Below are positions 40,195-49,625 of a stretch of DNA of 64,000 nucleotides, one piece after another (position 1 is the stretch's first letter; each line of letters begins with the position of its first letter). Made by a program: the position numbers and the translations under genes. Source of the stretch: an uncultured Spirochaetota bacterium (GTDB lineage Bacteria > Spirochaetota > Spirochaetia > SZUA-6 > Fen-1364); NCBI GenBank assembly GCA_963745235.1, contig CAVUXE010000054.1, positions 32,001 to 96,000 of the forward strand. The letters are read 5' to 3'. The notes below the pieces were generated by a model, which was not told the DNA's origin, did not search any database, and worked only from the letters and a program-made list of their open reading frames with translations.

Positions 40195-42279
40195 ATGGGG
40201 ACGCGAATGCCCGTGGATGACATCCTTCAGATCCGGGACCTCGAAGTCTCCTACAGCACACGGTCCGGCACCCTGCGCGCCATTCGGGATCTGAGCCTGA
40301 GCCTCCGGAGGAACGAGACCTACGGAGTGGTTGGAGAGTCCGGCTGCGGGAAGAGCACTCTTGCATTCGCCATCATGGGATACCTGGAAAGAAACGGCGC
40401 CGTCACCCGCGGGGAGATCCTTTTCAACGGAGAGGACCTCCTGAAGAAGTCCCGCTCCGAGATGCGCGCGCTGTGGGGAAAAAAGATATCCATGATTTAC
40501 CAGGACCCCACGGCGGCCCTCAACCCGTCCCTCACCGTGGGCCTCCAGATCGCAGAGATCCTCCAGGTGCACCAGGGCCAGTCCTGGGATGCGGCGCGGA
40601 GGCAGGCTGTGTCCATGCTTTCCCGCCTGCAGATTGCTGATCCCGAGATGATTGCGGACCGCTATCCCCACCAGCTTTCCGGTGGCATGCGCCAGAGGGT
40701 GTGCATCGCCATGGCTTTCATCATGAAGCCGGACCTCCTCATCCTGGATGAGCCCACCACGAACCTGGACGTCACCACGGAGGCCAACATCCTGGACATG
40801 CTGAACGATCTGAAGAACGATTTCAGCGCGACCACCCTCTACATCTCCCACGACCTGGGAGTGGTGTACAAGGTCTCCGACCGGGTGGGGGTCATGTACG
40901 GGGGGAGGTTCGTCGAAGAGGGGTACATCGCGGACATTATCTGCTCACCCAAGCATCCGTACACCAAGGGGCTCCTGCGCTGTATCCCCGAGGTGCTGCT
41001 GGACAAGAGCAAGAGACGCCTGACCCCGATCCCCGGAAGCGTGGCGGAGCTCGGCGCCATGCCGTACGGGTGCGCCTTTACCCCCCGGTGCGCCCACCGC
41101 ACGGAGAAGTGCCAGCGTGAAAACCCTGAACGGATGCCTTTCGGCGGGGACAGGCTTGTCCGCTGCCACTACACGCGGGAGATAGATGAGCAGGAGAGGA
41201 AGGCGCCCGCCTGCGATGAAGAGCCGCAGAGGCCGGAATGCGAGGACCTGGGCGAGCGGGGGTTCGCCTCGGCGCTGCTTTCACTCACCCGCGTGCAAAA
41301 ACACTATGGGGACCTCACGTCTCTCTTTGCCCGCGGCAGCGCGCGGAAAGTCCGCGCGGTGGACGACGTGTCCCTGATCATCCCGGGCCGCTCCACCCTG
41401 GGACTGGTCGGGGAAAGCGGCTGCGGGAAAAGCACTCTGCTGAGAGTGATTGCCGGCCTCGAAGCTGCCACGGGGGGAAGCCTCGTCTTTGACCAGCAGG
41501 ACATCTCGGTGCCCATCGGGAAGCGAAAACGCGGCATGGCCAAGCGGATCCAGGTTGTGTTCCAGGACCCCCGCTCCACATTGAACCCCCGCAAGACCAT
41601 CGGGCAGGCGATCATGAGACCCATCAGGCTCACGGGCCTTTCCTTCCGGGAGGCGGAGCAGCGCGCGCGTGAGCTGCTGGAATCCGTGAACCTGGGGTGC
41701 GAGTTCCTGGACCGCTTCCCCGAGCAGCTGAGCGGCGGGCAGAAGCAGCGCATCGCCATCGCCCGCGCGTTTGCGAGCAACCCCGACCTGATTCTCTGTG
41801 ATGAGCCGACCTCCAGCCTGGACGTTTCAATCCAGGCGTCCATCATCAACCTCCTCCTGGAGCTGCAGAAAGAGAAGGGCACCACGTATCTTTTCATCTC
41901 CCACGCCCTGGGCGTGGTGAGCTATCTCTGCGACACCATGGCGGTGATGTACCTGGGGGCAATCGTGGAGCACGGCCCGAAGAACAAGGTCCTCTCTCCG
42001 CCCTATCACCCGTACACCGAAGCGCTCCTCTCCTCCCTGTCGGTCCCCCGGCCCAACGCGTCCCAGGAGCGCATACGCCTGGAAGGCTCGGTCCCCAGCG
42101 CCCGCGAGATCCCCAGCGGGTGCAGGTTCCACACCCGCTGTCCACGCAAGGCCGGCAGGATCTGTGAAACAACGGAGCCCCCACGGGTCACGACGGATGG
42201 CGACAACGACCATTTCCTGTACTGCCACATTCCCCTGGAGGAATTGAGGCGCATGAAGCCGGTTTTCAAGGAGGTATGA
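40195..42279 (+). CDS. fused double ABC ATPase (DppD+DppF)
   Basis: Two GESGCGKS, LSGG and DEPT sets, each followed by HPYT and a Cys-rich oligo_HPY tail. Confidence 0.92.
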   Translation: MGTRMPVDDILQIRDLEVSYSTRSGTLRAIRDLSLSLRRNETYGVVGESGCGKSTLAFAIMGYLERNGAVTRGEILFNGEDLLKKSRSEMRALWGKKISMIYQDPTAALNPSLTVGLQIAEILQVHQGQSWDAARRQAVSMLSRLQIADPEMIADRYPHQLSGGMRQRVCIAMAFIMKPDLLILDEPTTNLDVTTEANILDMLNDLKNDFSATTLYISHDLGVVYKVSDRVGVMYGGRFVEEGYIADIICSPKHPYTKGLLRCIPEVLLDKSKRRLTPIPGSVAELGAMPYGCAFTPRCAHRTEKCQRENPERMPFGGDRLVRCHYTREIDEQERKAPACDEEPQRPECEDLGERGFASALLSLTRVQKHYGDLTSLFARGSARKVRAVDDVSLIIPGRSTLGLVGESGCGKSTLLRVIAGLEAATGGSLVFDQQDISVPIGKRKRGMAKRIQVVFQDPRSTLNPRKTIGQAIMRPIRLTGLSFREAEQRARELLESVNLGCEFLDRFPEQLSGGQKQRIAIARAFASNPDLILCDEPTSSLDVSIQASIINLLLELQKEKGTTYLFISHALGVVSYLCDTMAVMYLGAIVEHGPKNKVLSPPYHPYTEALLSSLSVPRPNASQERIRLEGSVPSAREIPSGCRFHTRCPRKAGRICETTEPPRVTTDGDNDHFLYCHIPLEELRRMKPVFKEV

Positions 42280-43739
42280 AGGTGGACGTCAACGCGCAGT
42301 TCTGCTACTGGGAAAGGCCGAAGCTCAGGGTGCTCTCCGACAGGCAGAGAGAGACCATCTACGGATCCGCGCTGGAGGTCCTGGAAAGGACGGGCGCAAA
42401 GCTGTACTCTCCGCGGGCTCTCACTCTCCTGCAGGAGGCCGGCGCCGAGGTCATTGATGATCACCTGGTGAAGATCCCCTCCGGCGTCGTGGAGAACGCG
42501 GTGGCAAGCGCCGGAAAGAGAGTGGTCCTTGCTGACCGCACGGGGAAGAGGAAGCTCGTCCTTGAAGGGGACAACATCTTTTTCGGTCCGGGCTCAGACA
42601 ACCCGTCCACAATTGACCTGGACACGCAGGAACGGCGCACCAGCGTCCTGAAAGACGTGGAGAGGGGGGCGCGGCTTGCCGACGCCCTCCCGAACATCGA
42701 CTTCCTCATGTCCTTCGCGCTGGCAAGCGATGTCCCCTCCAAGGCCGCTGATGCCTGCCACTTCGAGGCCATGGTCAGCAACTCCACCAAGCCCATCACC
42801 GCCACCGCCCCGGACCTGGACGGCTTGAAGGCAATCTACGAGATTGCGTGCGCGGTGAGCGGCGGGGAGGCGAAGTTCAGGCAAAACCCGTTCTTCATCC
42901 TCTACGAGCAGCCCCACTCGCCGTTGAAGCACGCCGGGCATTCCCTGGACAAGCTCATCTTCTGCACGGAGAAAGGCATCCCGGTCCTGTACGCATCAAC
43001 GCCGTCCATCGGCGCGGCGAGCCCCGTGACCCTTGGCGGGAGCTTCGTGCTGAACATGGCGGAGTACCTCACTGCCCTGGTCCTGGTGCAGCAGGTGAAG
43101 CGCGGGGCGACCCTGGTGTTCGGCGGGGGGCCCACCACGCTGGACATGAGGACCACCGTCTATTCGTACAGCGCGCCGGAGACAATGCTCAGTCTGTGCG
43201 TCCGCAAGGAGCTCGGAGAATACCTGGGCATTCCCGTCTTCAACGCCGGGGGCTTCAGCGATTCGCAGCTTCCGGACCAGCAGGCTGCCCTTGAATGCGC
43301 CTCGTCCCTGATCTACGCGGCCATGGCGGGAGGGAACCTCATTCATGACGTCGGATACCTTGCCTCCGGGATGACGTCGTCCCTGGAGATGCTCACGATC
43401 TGCGACGAGCAGATCTCCCAGGTGAAGCGGTTCCTGCGCAGCTTTGCGGTGGACACCGAATCCCTGGCGGTGGATCTCATAGACCAGGTGGGCCCCGAGG
43501 GAGATTTCCTTGCAACGGATCTCACCCTGAACAGGTTCAAGGAAGAGATCTGGTCCCCCACCATCATTGATCGAAACATTCACGAGAGATGGAAGTCGGC
43601 CGGCAGCACGACGCTGCGGGACAGGGCCCGGGAAAAGGCGAGGGGGCTCCTGACCAGCCACCAGCCGCAGTGCCTCCCGGAGGACGTGAAGAAGGGCGTA
43701 CGCGCTATCGTGAAGAGGTACGAGCAGAGTCGTTCGTAA
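42276..43739 (+). CDS. trimethylamine methyltransferase (MttB) superfamily, non-pyrrolysine member
   Basis: SALEVLERTG, SPL, SPVTLGG, DMRT...SAPE, GGFSDSQLPDQQAALE, NLIHDVG, VGPEGDFL, ERW..AG; no in-frame TAG. Confidence 0.9.
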   Translation: MKVDVNAQFCYWERPKLRVLSDRQRETIYGSALEVLERTGAKLYSPRALTLLQEAGAEVIDDHLVKIPSGVVENAVASAGKRVVLADRTGKRKLVLEGDNIFFGPGSDNPSTIDLDTQERRTSVLKDVERGARLADALPNIDFLMSFALASDVPSKAADACHFEAMVSNSTKPITATAPDLDGLKAIYEIACAVSGGEAKFRQNPFFILYEQPHSPLKHAGHSLDKLIFCTEKGIPVLYASTPSIGAASPVTLGGSFVLNMAEYLTALVLVQQVKRGATLVFGGGPTTLDMRTTVYSYSAPETMLSLCVRKELGEYLGIPVFNAGGFSDSQLPDQQAALECASSLIYAAMAGGNLIHDVGYLASGMTSSLEMLTICDEQISQVKRFLRSFAVDTESLAVDLIDQVGPEGDFLATDLTLNRFKEEIWSPTIIDRNIHERWKSAGSTTLRDRAREKARGLLTSHQPQCLPEDVKKGVRAIVKRYEQSRS

Positions 43740-44487
43740 GGACCTCGAACATCGCCCCTTTTATCTCTTCGATGCGGGCCGGCGTCATTCGGAACGCCGG
43801 CCCCGTGACGCTGATGGCCGCGACAACCCTGCCGTTCATGTCCCGGTAGGGCATGGCAACGCAGACCACCTCGTTTCGAAACTCCTCTGCATCCAGGGCA
43901 TACCCGTTCCTGCGGATCTCCGCGAGCTTCCTGCGAAGCTGCCCCGTGGAGGAAATGGATTTCGACGTGTAGGCCGGCAGAGCGGTGCCCGGCGGAAAGA
44001 GCTTTTCCAGGACCGGCTGATCCAGGCTGGCCAGCAGCACCTTGCCCAGGGCGGTGCAGTGGGCAAGGAGCTTCGTGCCGATCTGGATGTCTGTCTTCAG
44101 CACGTGAGGGCTGTCGATCTTGGCGATGTAGGCGATCTCTTTCATCCCCTGGTCCAGGACCGCAAGGTTGATGGTCTCCTGCGTCTTGCTCGCCAGGGTT
44201 TCCAGGCGCCCCATGGCTTCATTCATCACGTCGCTCTGGTTCTGATACACGCATCCCAGCTCGAACGCCTTCAGCCCCAGGCGGTATTTGCCCCGCTGGA
44301 GCGCCTGCTCGATGTAGCCGCGGTTCTTGAGGACGCTCACCGTCCTGTGGATGGTGCTTGCTTTCTTGCCCAGGAGCCCCGCCATCTCCGTGATGCCCGC
44401 CTCCCGCTTCTCAGCGGAGAACAGCTCCAGGACGTTCAGGGCGACGTCGATGGATGTCTGTTTCGGAGGCCGGGGGCGCTTGCTCAC
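43705..44487 (-). CDS. IclR family transcriptional regulator
   Basis: N-terminal HTH (ASTIHR..L...GY...KYRLG), HCTALGKVLLA, GYALDAEE, AAISVTGPAFR; GTGA-coupled to the upstream gene. Confidence 0.92.
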   Translation of the reverse strand: MSKRPRPPKQTSIDVALNVLELFSAEKREAGITEMAGLLGKKASTIHRTVSVLKNRGYIEQALQRGKYRLGLKAFELGCVYQNQSDVMNEAMGRLETLASKTQETINLAVLDQGMKEIAYIAKIDSPHVLKTDIQIGTKLLAHCTALGKVLLASLDQPVLEKLFPPGTALPAYTSKSISSTGQLRRKLAEIRRNGYALDAEEFRNEVVCVAMPYRDMNGRVVAAISVTGPAFRMTPARIEEIKGAMFEVLTNDSARTSSR

Positions 44488-45374
44488 TGGGGAAGACGCA
44501 GGTCCGACGGGCCCCGCGCCGACATGCGAAGCCGGGGGTTCACCCTCCCCGCCAGCTCCTTCATGATCTCGCAATATTTCACTTTCAGTCGGGCGCCGTC
44601 CACGCCCGGACCGAACTCCTGCTTGAAATAGCACGGGGCGCACACGCGGATGATCTCCGCGCCTTCCCAGAACCTGTTGATGGCGCCCAGGTTCTGCTCG
44701 GCAGCCATGGTCACGATGTCCATGGGAACCTTCACCGAAGCGCGGATGGCGGCGAGCATGGGCAGCGTCAGGTCCGACACCGGGTTGATGCTGTCCGCCC
44801 CCGCGGTTTCGGCAAGGCGCGCGCCGGCGGGGTTGGAAACTCCGGCCGTGTAGGAGAGCTTGAAGACGGTGTCCTTCGGGAGGTCACCCGAAAGGCGCAT
44901 CTGGTGGAAAAGCTGCGTCACCTCTTCCCCGTAGAAAAGGAACCCTCGCAGGCCGGCTTCCACGCACCGAAGCACATCCTCGATGAGGTACGCAAGCTGG
45001 TCGGCTCCCCGCACGCGCACCCCCGAGGCGTGTCCCCACGGGGAGTGGTAGTGGCTGCCCACGTCGAAGTTCGCGCGCGGGCCGGGGATCACGATCAGCT
45101 CGATGCGGGCATCCCGCGCAATGCGCGCCAGCGCCTGCAGCTCGCCGAAGGTCAGGCTGTGGGTTCCCGCTCCTATGGCGATGACCCTGTGGATGGGGAT
45201 GTCCCTCCTGCCGCTCTCATCTGCCACGGCCTCCAGCTCTGCCACGGACTCCACGCCGGAGACCTCCATGCGGAACTGGCATCCGTCAGGGAAGGACAGG
45301 GGAGAGGTCGGCAGGTCATAGAGATCGCGTTTGGGAAGCGCGTACTTCGCCAGGAGCTGCTGCGCTCTTTCCAT
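44484..45374 (-). CDS. uncharacterised TIM-barrel protein resembling the 'U32 peptidase-like' family
   Basis: DLPTSPLSFPDG..FRMEV, GPRANFD.G, GLRGFL, FKLS...SNP, GADSINP, LAAIR..V.VPMDI, APCYFK. Confidence 0.6.
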   Translation of the reverse strand: MERAQQLLAKYALPKRDLYDLPTSPLSFPDGCQFRMEVSGVESVAELEAVADESGRRDIPIHRVIAIGAGTHSLTFGELQALARIARDARIELIVIPGPRANFDVGSHYHSPWGHASGVRVRGADQLAYLIEDVLRCVEAGLRGFLFYGEEVTQLFHQMRLSGDLPKDTVFKLSYTAGVSNPAGARLAETAGADSINPVSDLTLPMLAAIRASVKVPMDIVTMAAEQNLGAINRFWEGAEIIRVCAPCYFKQEFGPGVDGARLKVKYCEIMKELAGRVNPRLRMSARGPSDLRLPQ

Positions 45375-45387
45375 GGGTGCCTCGCTT

Positions 45388-45422
45388 TTCTACTATATGG
45401 AAGTATATTCCTCTATTTTGAA
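45388..45422 (-). promoter_or_regulatory. tandem operator-like site (IclR candidate) upstream of the U32-like/IclR operon
   Basis: Minus strand reads TTCAAAATAGAGGAA-tatac-TTCCATATAGTAGAA, just downstream of a TTGACA (45433-45428); matches 33990-34024. Confidence 0.65.
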
Positions 45423-45460
45423 GAACTTGTCAACGAAACCGCCGGTTGAGCGGCGAGGGC

Positions 45461-46696
45461 TCAATCCTGCAGATCGGGGTACAGCCGGGCGGAGCACTCC
45501 GGGCATATCCCGTGGCTGAACTCCACCTCCGCGTGGTCCTTCATGTAGTTCTCCACCTGGTGCCAGTAGCCCTTGTCGTCCCTGATCTTCTTGCAGGAGG
45601 CGCAAATGGGAAGCAGCCCGCTCAGTCTTTTCAGGTTTGTCAGCGCATTGCTGAGATCCGCCACCAGCTTCTCCCGCTCCTTCTCCGCGCGCCGGCGCTC
45701 CGTGACGTCGCGCATGAGGAGGATCTTTCCGGACCGCCTGCCTGTCTTGCTTGTGAGCTTCGTGACGGAGACCTCCAGGGTCATGTCACCCCGCCCCGGA
45801 GGGCTCAACGTCAGCGTCTCGTCGTTTCTCCGCAGGCACTCGCTGAGCGCCGGAAATGTCTCCCGCAGCTCCTTCCCGACCGGCGGGGAGCGCGTCCCCA
45901 GGAGCCGGGAGGCGGTGGAGTTGATATCGATGATCCTGTCCAGGGCGTCCAGGACGAGGAAGCCGTCCTGCATGTCTTCTACCATCGCTGAGCGGGCCCG
46001 GGGGACGAGGTCCAGGAGGCGCAGGCGGTTGAAGGCGGCAAGGATCAGGAGCGCGCTGAGCGCAAATCCGAGCGACATGGTGTCCAGCCCGGGGACCGGA
46101 CCGGCGGGAAGGACGGAGAGGAGGAACCCGATCCACGGCACCAGGACGGAGCCGACCAGGATGAGCGACTGCAGCAGATAGAGGCTTGCCGCCCTGATGG
46201 CGACCCGGAGGATGTGATAGGTCGCGACAAGGCAGGTGGCAAGAAACCACAGGACTGAAAAGAAATACCACGCGCCGTGGCTGTAGATCACCGTGTTGGT
46301 CCCCGGGATGCGGCCCGGGGTGAACCCGGTCCAGATCAGGTGGTGCAGGCTGTTCGTGAAAGCCAGGGCGATGGTAGCGACGGGCACCGCCCAGAAGAAG
46401 GCGATCATCCCGGGAGAAAGGGGCCAGCTCGACTCGGAGTACTGAATTGCGAACACGAGAAAAAGCGGCGCAACGTTGGCTATGCCGATGTAGCTGATTG
46501 CGTTCCACAGGTACCGGTGCGCTGCATCCGGCGACGTGGTCTCCATGGCCGAGAAAAAGCACCATATCGAAATGGCAAAGAGGGTCAGGCTCAGGGCAAG
46601 GCCGCCGGGCACGTGACGCTTGCGCCAGGCGGAGCCGCCCGCAAAAAGGACCGTGAAGGCCGCCGCAAAGAGAAGGAGCGACAACGGAGTGACCAT
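45461..46696 (-). CDS. HisKA_7TM-type membrane sensor with PAS and a C-terminal Cys-rich domain, no kinase domain
   Basis: 7 TM segments with TNSLHHLIW, DLVPRAR, PAS (DGFLVLD..IIDIN, RDVTERR), then LPICASCKKIRDDKGYW...FSHGICPEC. Confidence 0.85.
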   Translation of the reverse strand: MVTPLSLLLFAAAFTVLFAGGSAWRKRHVPGGLALSLTLFAISIWCFFSAMETTSPDAAHRYLWNAISYIGIANVAPLFLVFAIQYSESSWPLSPGMIAFFWAVPVATIALAFTNSLHHLIWTGFTPGRIPGTNTVIYSHGAWYFFSVLWFLATCLVATYHILRVAIRAASLYLLQSLILVGSVLVPWIGFLLSVLPAGPVPGLDTMSLGFALSALLILAAFNRLRLLDLVPRARSAMVEDMQDGFLVLDALDRIIDINSTASRLLGTRSPPVGKELRETFPALSECLRRNDETLTLSPPGRGDMTLEVSVTKLTSKTGRRSGKILLMRDVTERRRAEKEREKLVADLSNALTNLKRLSGLLPICASCKKIRDDKGYWHQVENYMKDHAEVEFSHGICPECSARLYPDLQD

Positions 46697-46795
46697 GGCT
46701 CCCTCATCATAGCATGGCGCGGCAGCGCCGGCACGGCGGACGCCGAGCCCCAGCTTTATTGCACTCCGGCCCCTGTCCTCGCTATAGTGCCTTCC

Positions 46796-48574
46796 ATGGA
46801 GCACATGAAGAGAACCGACACCTGCGGAGCGCTTCGCGCAAAAGACGCCGGCAGACGCGTCACCTTGAACGGCTGGGTGCACAGGCACCGCGACCATGGC
46901 GGAATCAGGTTCTTCGATCTGCGGGACCGTTATGGCCTGACGCAGGTGGTGGTGGACTCTGACGCTTCCCCCGAGCTTGCAGAGACCGGCAAGCAGCTGA
47001 AGTTCGAATACTGCGTGGCCGTGGAGGGCGCCGTGCGCGCTCGCCCGGCTGCCATGGCGAACCCGAACTTGCCCACCGGGGAGATCGAGGTCAAGGCGGA
47101 CAAGATCTCCATCCTGAGCCGCTGCGAGGTCCTTCCGTTCATGGTGGATGAGAAGGCGGACGCAAAAGAGGACACCCGGTTCAAGTATCGCTACATAGAC
47201 CTGCGCACGGCGCGCATGCAGCGCAACATTGCGCTGCGTCACGCCGCGGCGTTCGCGGCCCGAGAGTTCCTTGTGTCGCGCGGGTTTTACGAGATCGACA
47301 CCCCCCTGTTCATCAAGTCCACCCCGGAAGGCGCTCGTGACTACCTTGTGCCATCCCGCTTGAACCCGGGCCGGTTCTACGCGCTTCCCCAGTCTCCGCA
47401 GCTCTACAAGCAGATCCTGATGGTGTCCGGGTTCGACAAGTACTTCCAGATTGCCCGGTGCTTCCGTGATGAGGACGCGCGCGGTGACAGGCAGCCCGAG
47501 TTCACCCAGATCGACATCGAGATGAGCTTCGTGTCGCGTGAAGACGTGTTCCTCCTGGTCGAAGGCCTGATGGCTCATATCTTCAAGAAATCCATAGGCA
47601 AGGACATCACGGCCCCGTTCCAGAGGCTTGCCTATGAGGAGGCCATGAACCGCTTCGGCTCGGACAAACCTGATCTCAGGTTCGGCCTGGAATTGCATGA
47701 CTTCGGGGACTTCGCGAAAAAGGGCGGCTTCGAGGTCTTCAAGAAAGTCGTGGAGTCCGGAGGCGCGGTGAAAGCCCTCGTCGCCACGGGATGCGGGGAG
47801 TACTCCCGCAAGCAGATCGGGGAGCTGGAGGCGGTGGCCAAGGTCTACGGCGCGGCGGGGCTTGCCTCCATGAAAGTGACGGCGCAGGGCCTGGAAGGCG
47901 GCGTCTCCAAGTTCTACGCGGAACAGGCTGGGCCCATGTGCGCGGAGCTGGGCGCAAAACCCGGGGACCTCATCCTCATGGTGGGAGCTGACCTCAGAAA
48001 GGCCTGCATTTCCCTGGGAGCCATCCGCGCGCAGTTGGGGAAGGACCTCAAGCTTGCCGCGGAAGGTGACTTTCGGTTCTGCTGGATCATCGATTTCCCC
48101 CTTTTCGAATGGAACGAAGAGGAGAAGAGGTGGGACCCCGCGCACCACATGTTCACCATGCCGCAGGAAAGGTTCGTGGCGGATTTCGAGAAGAGACCTG
48201 CAGAGGTCAAGGGAGATCTGTACGACCTGGTGTGCAACGGCGTAGAGCTTGCCTCGGGGTCCATCAGGATCCACGACGCCGATCTGCAGAGGAGGATCTT
48301 CACGTTCCTCGGCTTCTCCGAAGAAGAGGCGCAGAGCCGCTTCGGCTTCCTCCTGGAAGCCTTCCGCTACGGCCCGCCTCCCCACGGCGGGATAGCCCCA
48401 GGCTTCGACAGGCTCGTGGCCATGATGGCCGGGGAGCCCACCATAAGGGAGGTCATCGCATTCCCCAAGAACACCCTGGGTCAAAGCCCCATGGATGATT
48501 GTCCCTCGGAAGTGGATTCCAAGCAGCTTCGGGATCTCCATCTCAGCATCATCAGGGAAGAGCCGGCACAGTGA
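46796..48574 (+). CDS. aspS: aspartate--tRNA ligase (RDHGG suggests a non-discriminating type)
   Basis: GWVHRHRDHGG, YRYIDLR, STPEGARDY, ALPQSPQ, RCFRDED, RQPEFTQ, PPHGGIA, VIAFPK. Confidence 0.97.
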   Translation: MEHMKRTDTCGALRAKDAGRRVTLNGWVHRHRDHGGIRFFDLRDRYGLTQVVVDSDASPELAETGKQLKFEYCVAVEGAVRARPAAMANPNLPTGEIEVKADKISILSRCEVLPFMVDEKADAKEDTRFKYRYIDLRTARMQRNIALRHAAAFAAREFLVSRGFYEIDTPLFIKSTPEGARDYLVPSRLNPGRFYALPQSPQLYKQILMVSGFDKYFQIARCFRDEDARGDRQPEFTQIDIEMSFVSREDVFLLVEGLMAHIFKKSIGKDITAPFQRLAYEEAMNRFGSDKPDLRFGLELHDFGDFAKKGGFEVFKKVVESGGAVKALVATGCGEYSRKQIGELEAVAKVYGAAGLASMKVTAQGLEGGVSKFYAEQAGPMCAELGAKPGDLILMVGADLRKACISLGAIRAQLGKDLKLAAEGDFRFCWIIDFPLFEWNEEEKRWDPAHHMFTMPQERFVADFEKRPAEVKGDLYDLVCNGVELASGSIRIHDADLQRRIFTFLGFSEEEAQSRFGFLLEAFRYGPPPHGGIAPGFDRLVAMMAGEPTIREVIAFPKNTLGQSPMDDCPSEVDSKQLRDLHLSIIREEPAQ

Positions 48575-49575
48575 ACAGGCGGGAAAGGGTGGAAGCCGCA
48601 ATCCGTCACACGCAGCCGGACAAGGTGCCGTATCACGTGAGCTTCACCGTTCCCGCGCGGGAGGCAATGGCCCGCTGGTACGGAGACGACGATTTCGAGG
48701 CCTCCCTGGGCAACTGCCTGCTCATGCTGGAGACCGAGCCGGCTGGCTCCTGGCGCCGGGTGCATGACGAGATCTGGGAGGACCAGTTCGGCGTCCAATG
48801 GGACAGGACAATCGACGCGGACATCGGCACGGTCTGCAACACCCGGCTCACCCGGGAGAGCCTGAAGACCTGTCCGTTCCCTGACCCGCTGGACCCTGCG
48901 CGCTTCGAGGGGTGGGGAGCCCGCCTCGCGGCCCGCGGTGATTCCTTCGTTGTCGCGAGCATCGGGTTCAGCCTTTTCGAACGGGCGTGGACCCTTGCCG
49001 GCATGGAGACCGTGCTCATGGCGATGGCGGACGACAAGCCGTTCATCAATGAGCTCCTGGACCGCATCCTGGATTTCAACCTGACGCTCATAGAGAAAGC
49101 CTGTTCGTATCCCATAGACGCCATGCGCTTCGGGGACGACTGGGGCCAGCAGCGCGGGCTCATCATGGGTCCGGCCCTGTGGCGGGAGCTGATTGGTCCC
49201 CGGGTGAGGCGCATGTACCAGCTCGTCAAGTCCCGGGGCAAGAAAGTCTTCATCCATTCCTGCGGCAAGGTGGATGAGCTCTTTCCGGACCTGATAGAGA
49301 GCGGGCTGGACGTGTTCAACCCGTTCCAGCCGGAGGTCATGGACGTGGAGGACATGAAGAGGCGCTACGGCTCCCGGCTGTCATTCTTCGGCGGCATCAG
49401 CACCCAGAAGACGCTTCCGTTCGGCACGGTGGAGCAGGTGAAGGAAGAGGTGAAGGCGCTTTTGGAAAGGGTCGGCAGGAACGGCGGGTATATCGCCTCA
49501 CCCGCGCATGACGTTCCCAAGGATGCAAAGCCAGAGAATATCGCCGCGATGATCGAGGTGCTGCAAGGGCAATAG
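48571..49575 (+). CDS. uroporphyrinogen decarboxylase family protein (UroD/MtaA-like)
   Basis: DQFGVQW, FERAW, FGDDWGQQ, FIHSCG, NPFQPE, GGISTQ..LP.GT, GYIASPAH, ENI. Confidence 0.88.
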   Translation: MNRRERVEAAIRHTQPDKVPYHVSFTVPAREAMARWYGDDDFEASLGNCLLMLETEPAGSWRRVHDEIWEDQFGVQWDRTIDADIGTVCNTRLTRESLKTCPFPDPLDPARFEGWGARLAARGDSFVVASIGFSLFERAWTLAGMETVLMAMADDKPFINELLDRILDFNLTLIEKACSYPIDAMRFGDDWGQQRGLIMGPALWRELIGPRVRRMYQLVKSRGKKVFIHSCGKVDELFPDLIESGLDVFNPFQPEVMDVEDMKRRYGSRLSFFGGISTQKTLPFGTVEQVKEEVKALLERVGRNGGYIASPAHDVPKDAKPENIAAMIEVLQGQ

Positions 49576-49625
49576 ATGCCTGGCCCCGGGGCTGGAGGCT
49601 CGGGTTGGAGGCTCCTGGGCCCGCC

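Noticed and set aside
42276-43739. Pyrrolysine recoding in MttB
   Set aside because: No in-frame TAG; Phe occupies the position; no pyl genes in the window.
45461-48601. 1046-aa minus-strand ORF
   Set aside because: The first 635 codons are the antisense shadow of aspS; the real gene starts at 46696 behind a GAGGGAG RBS.
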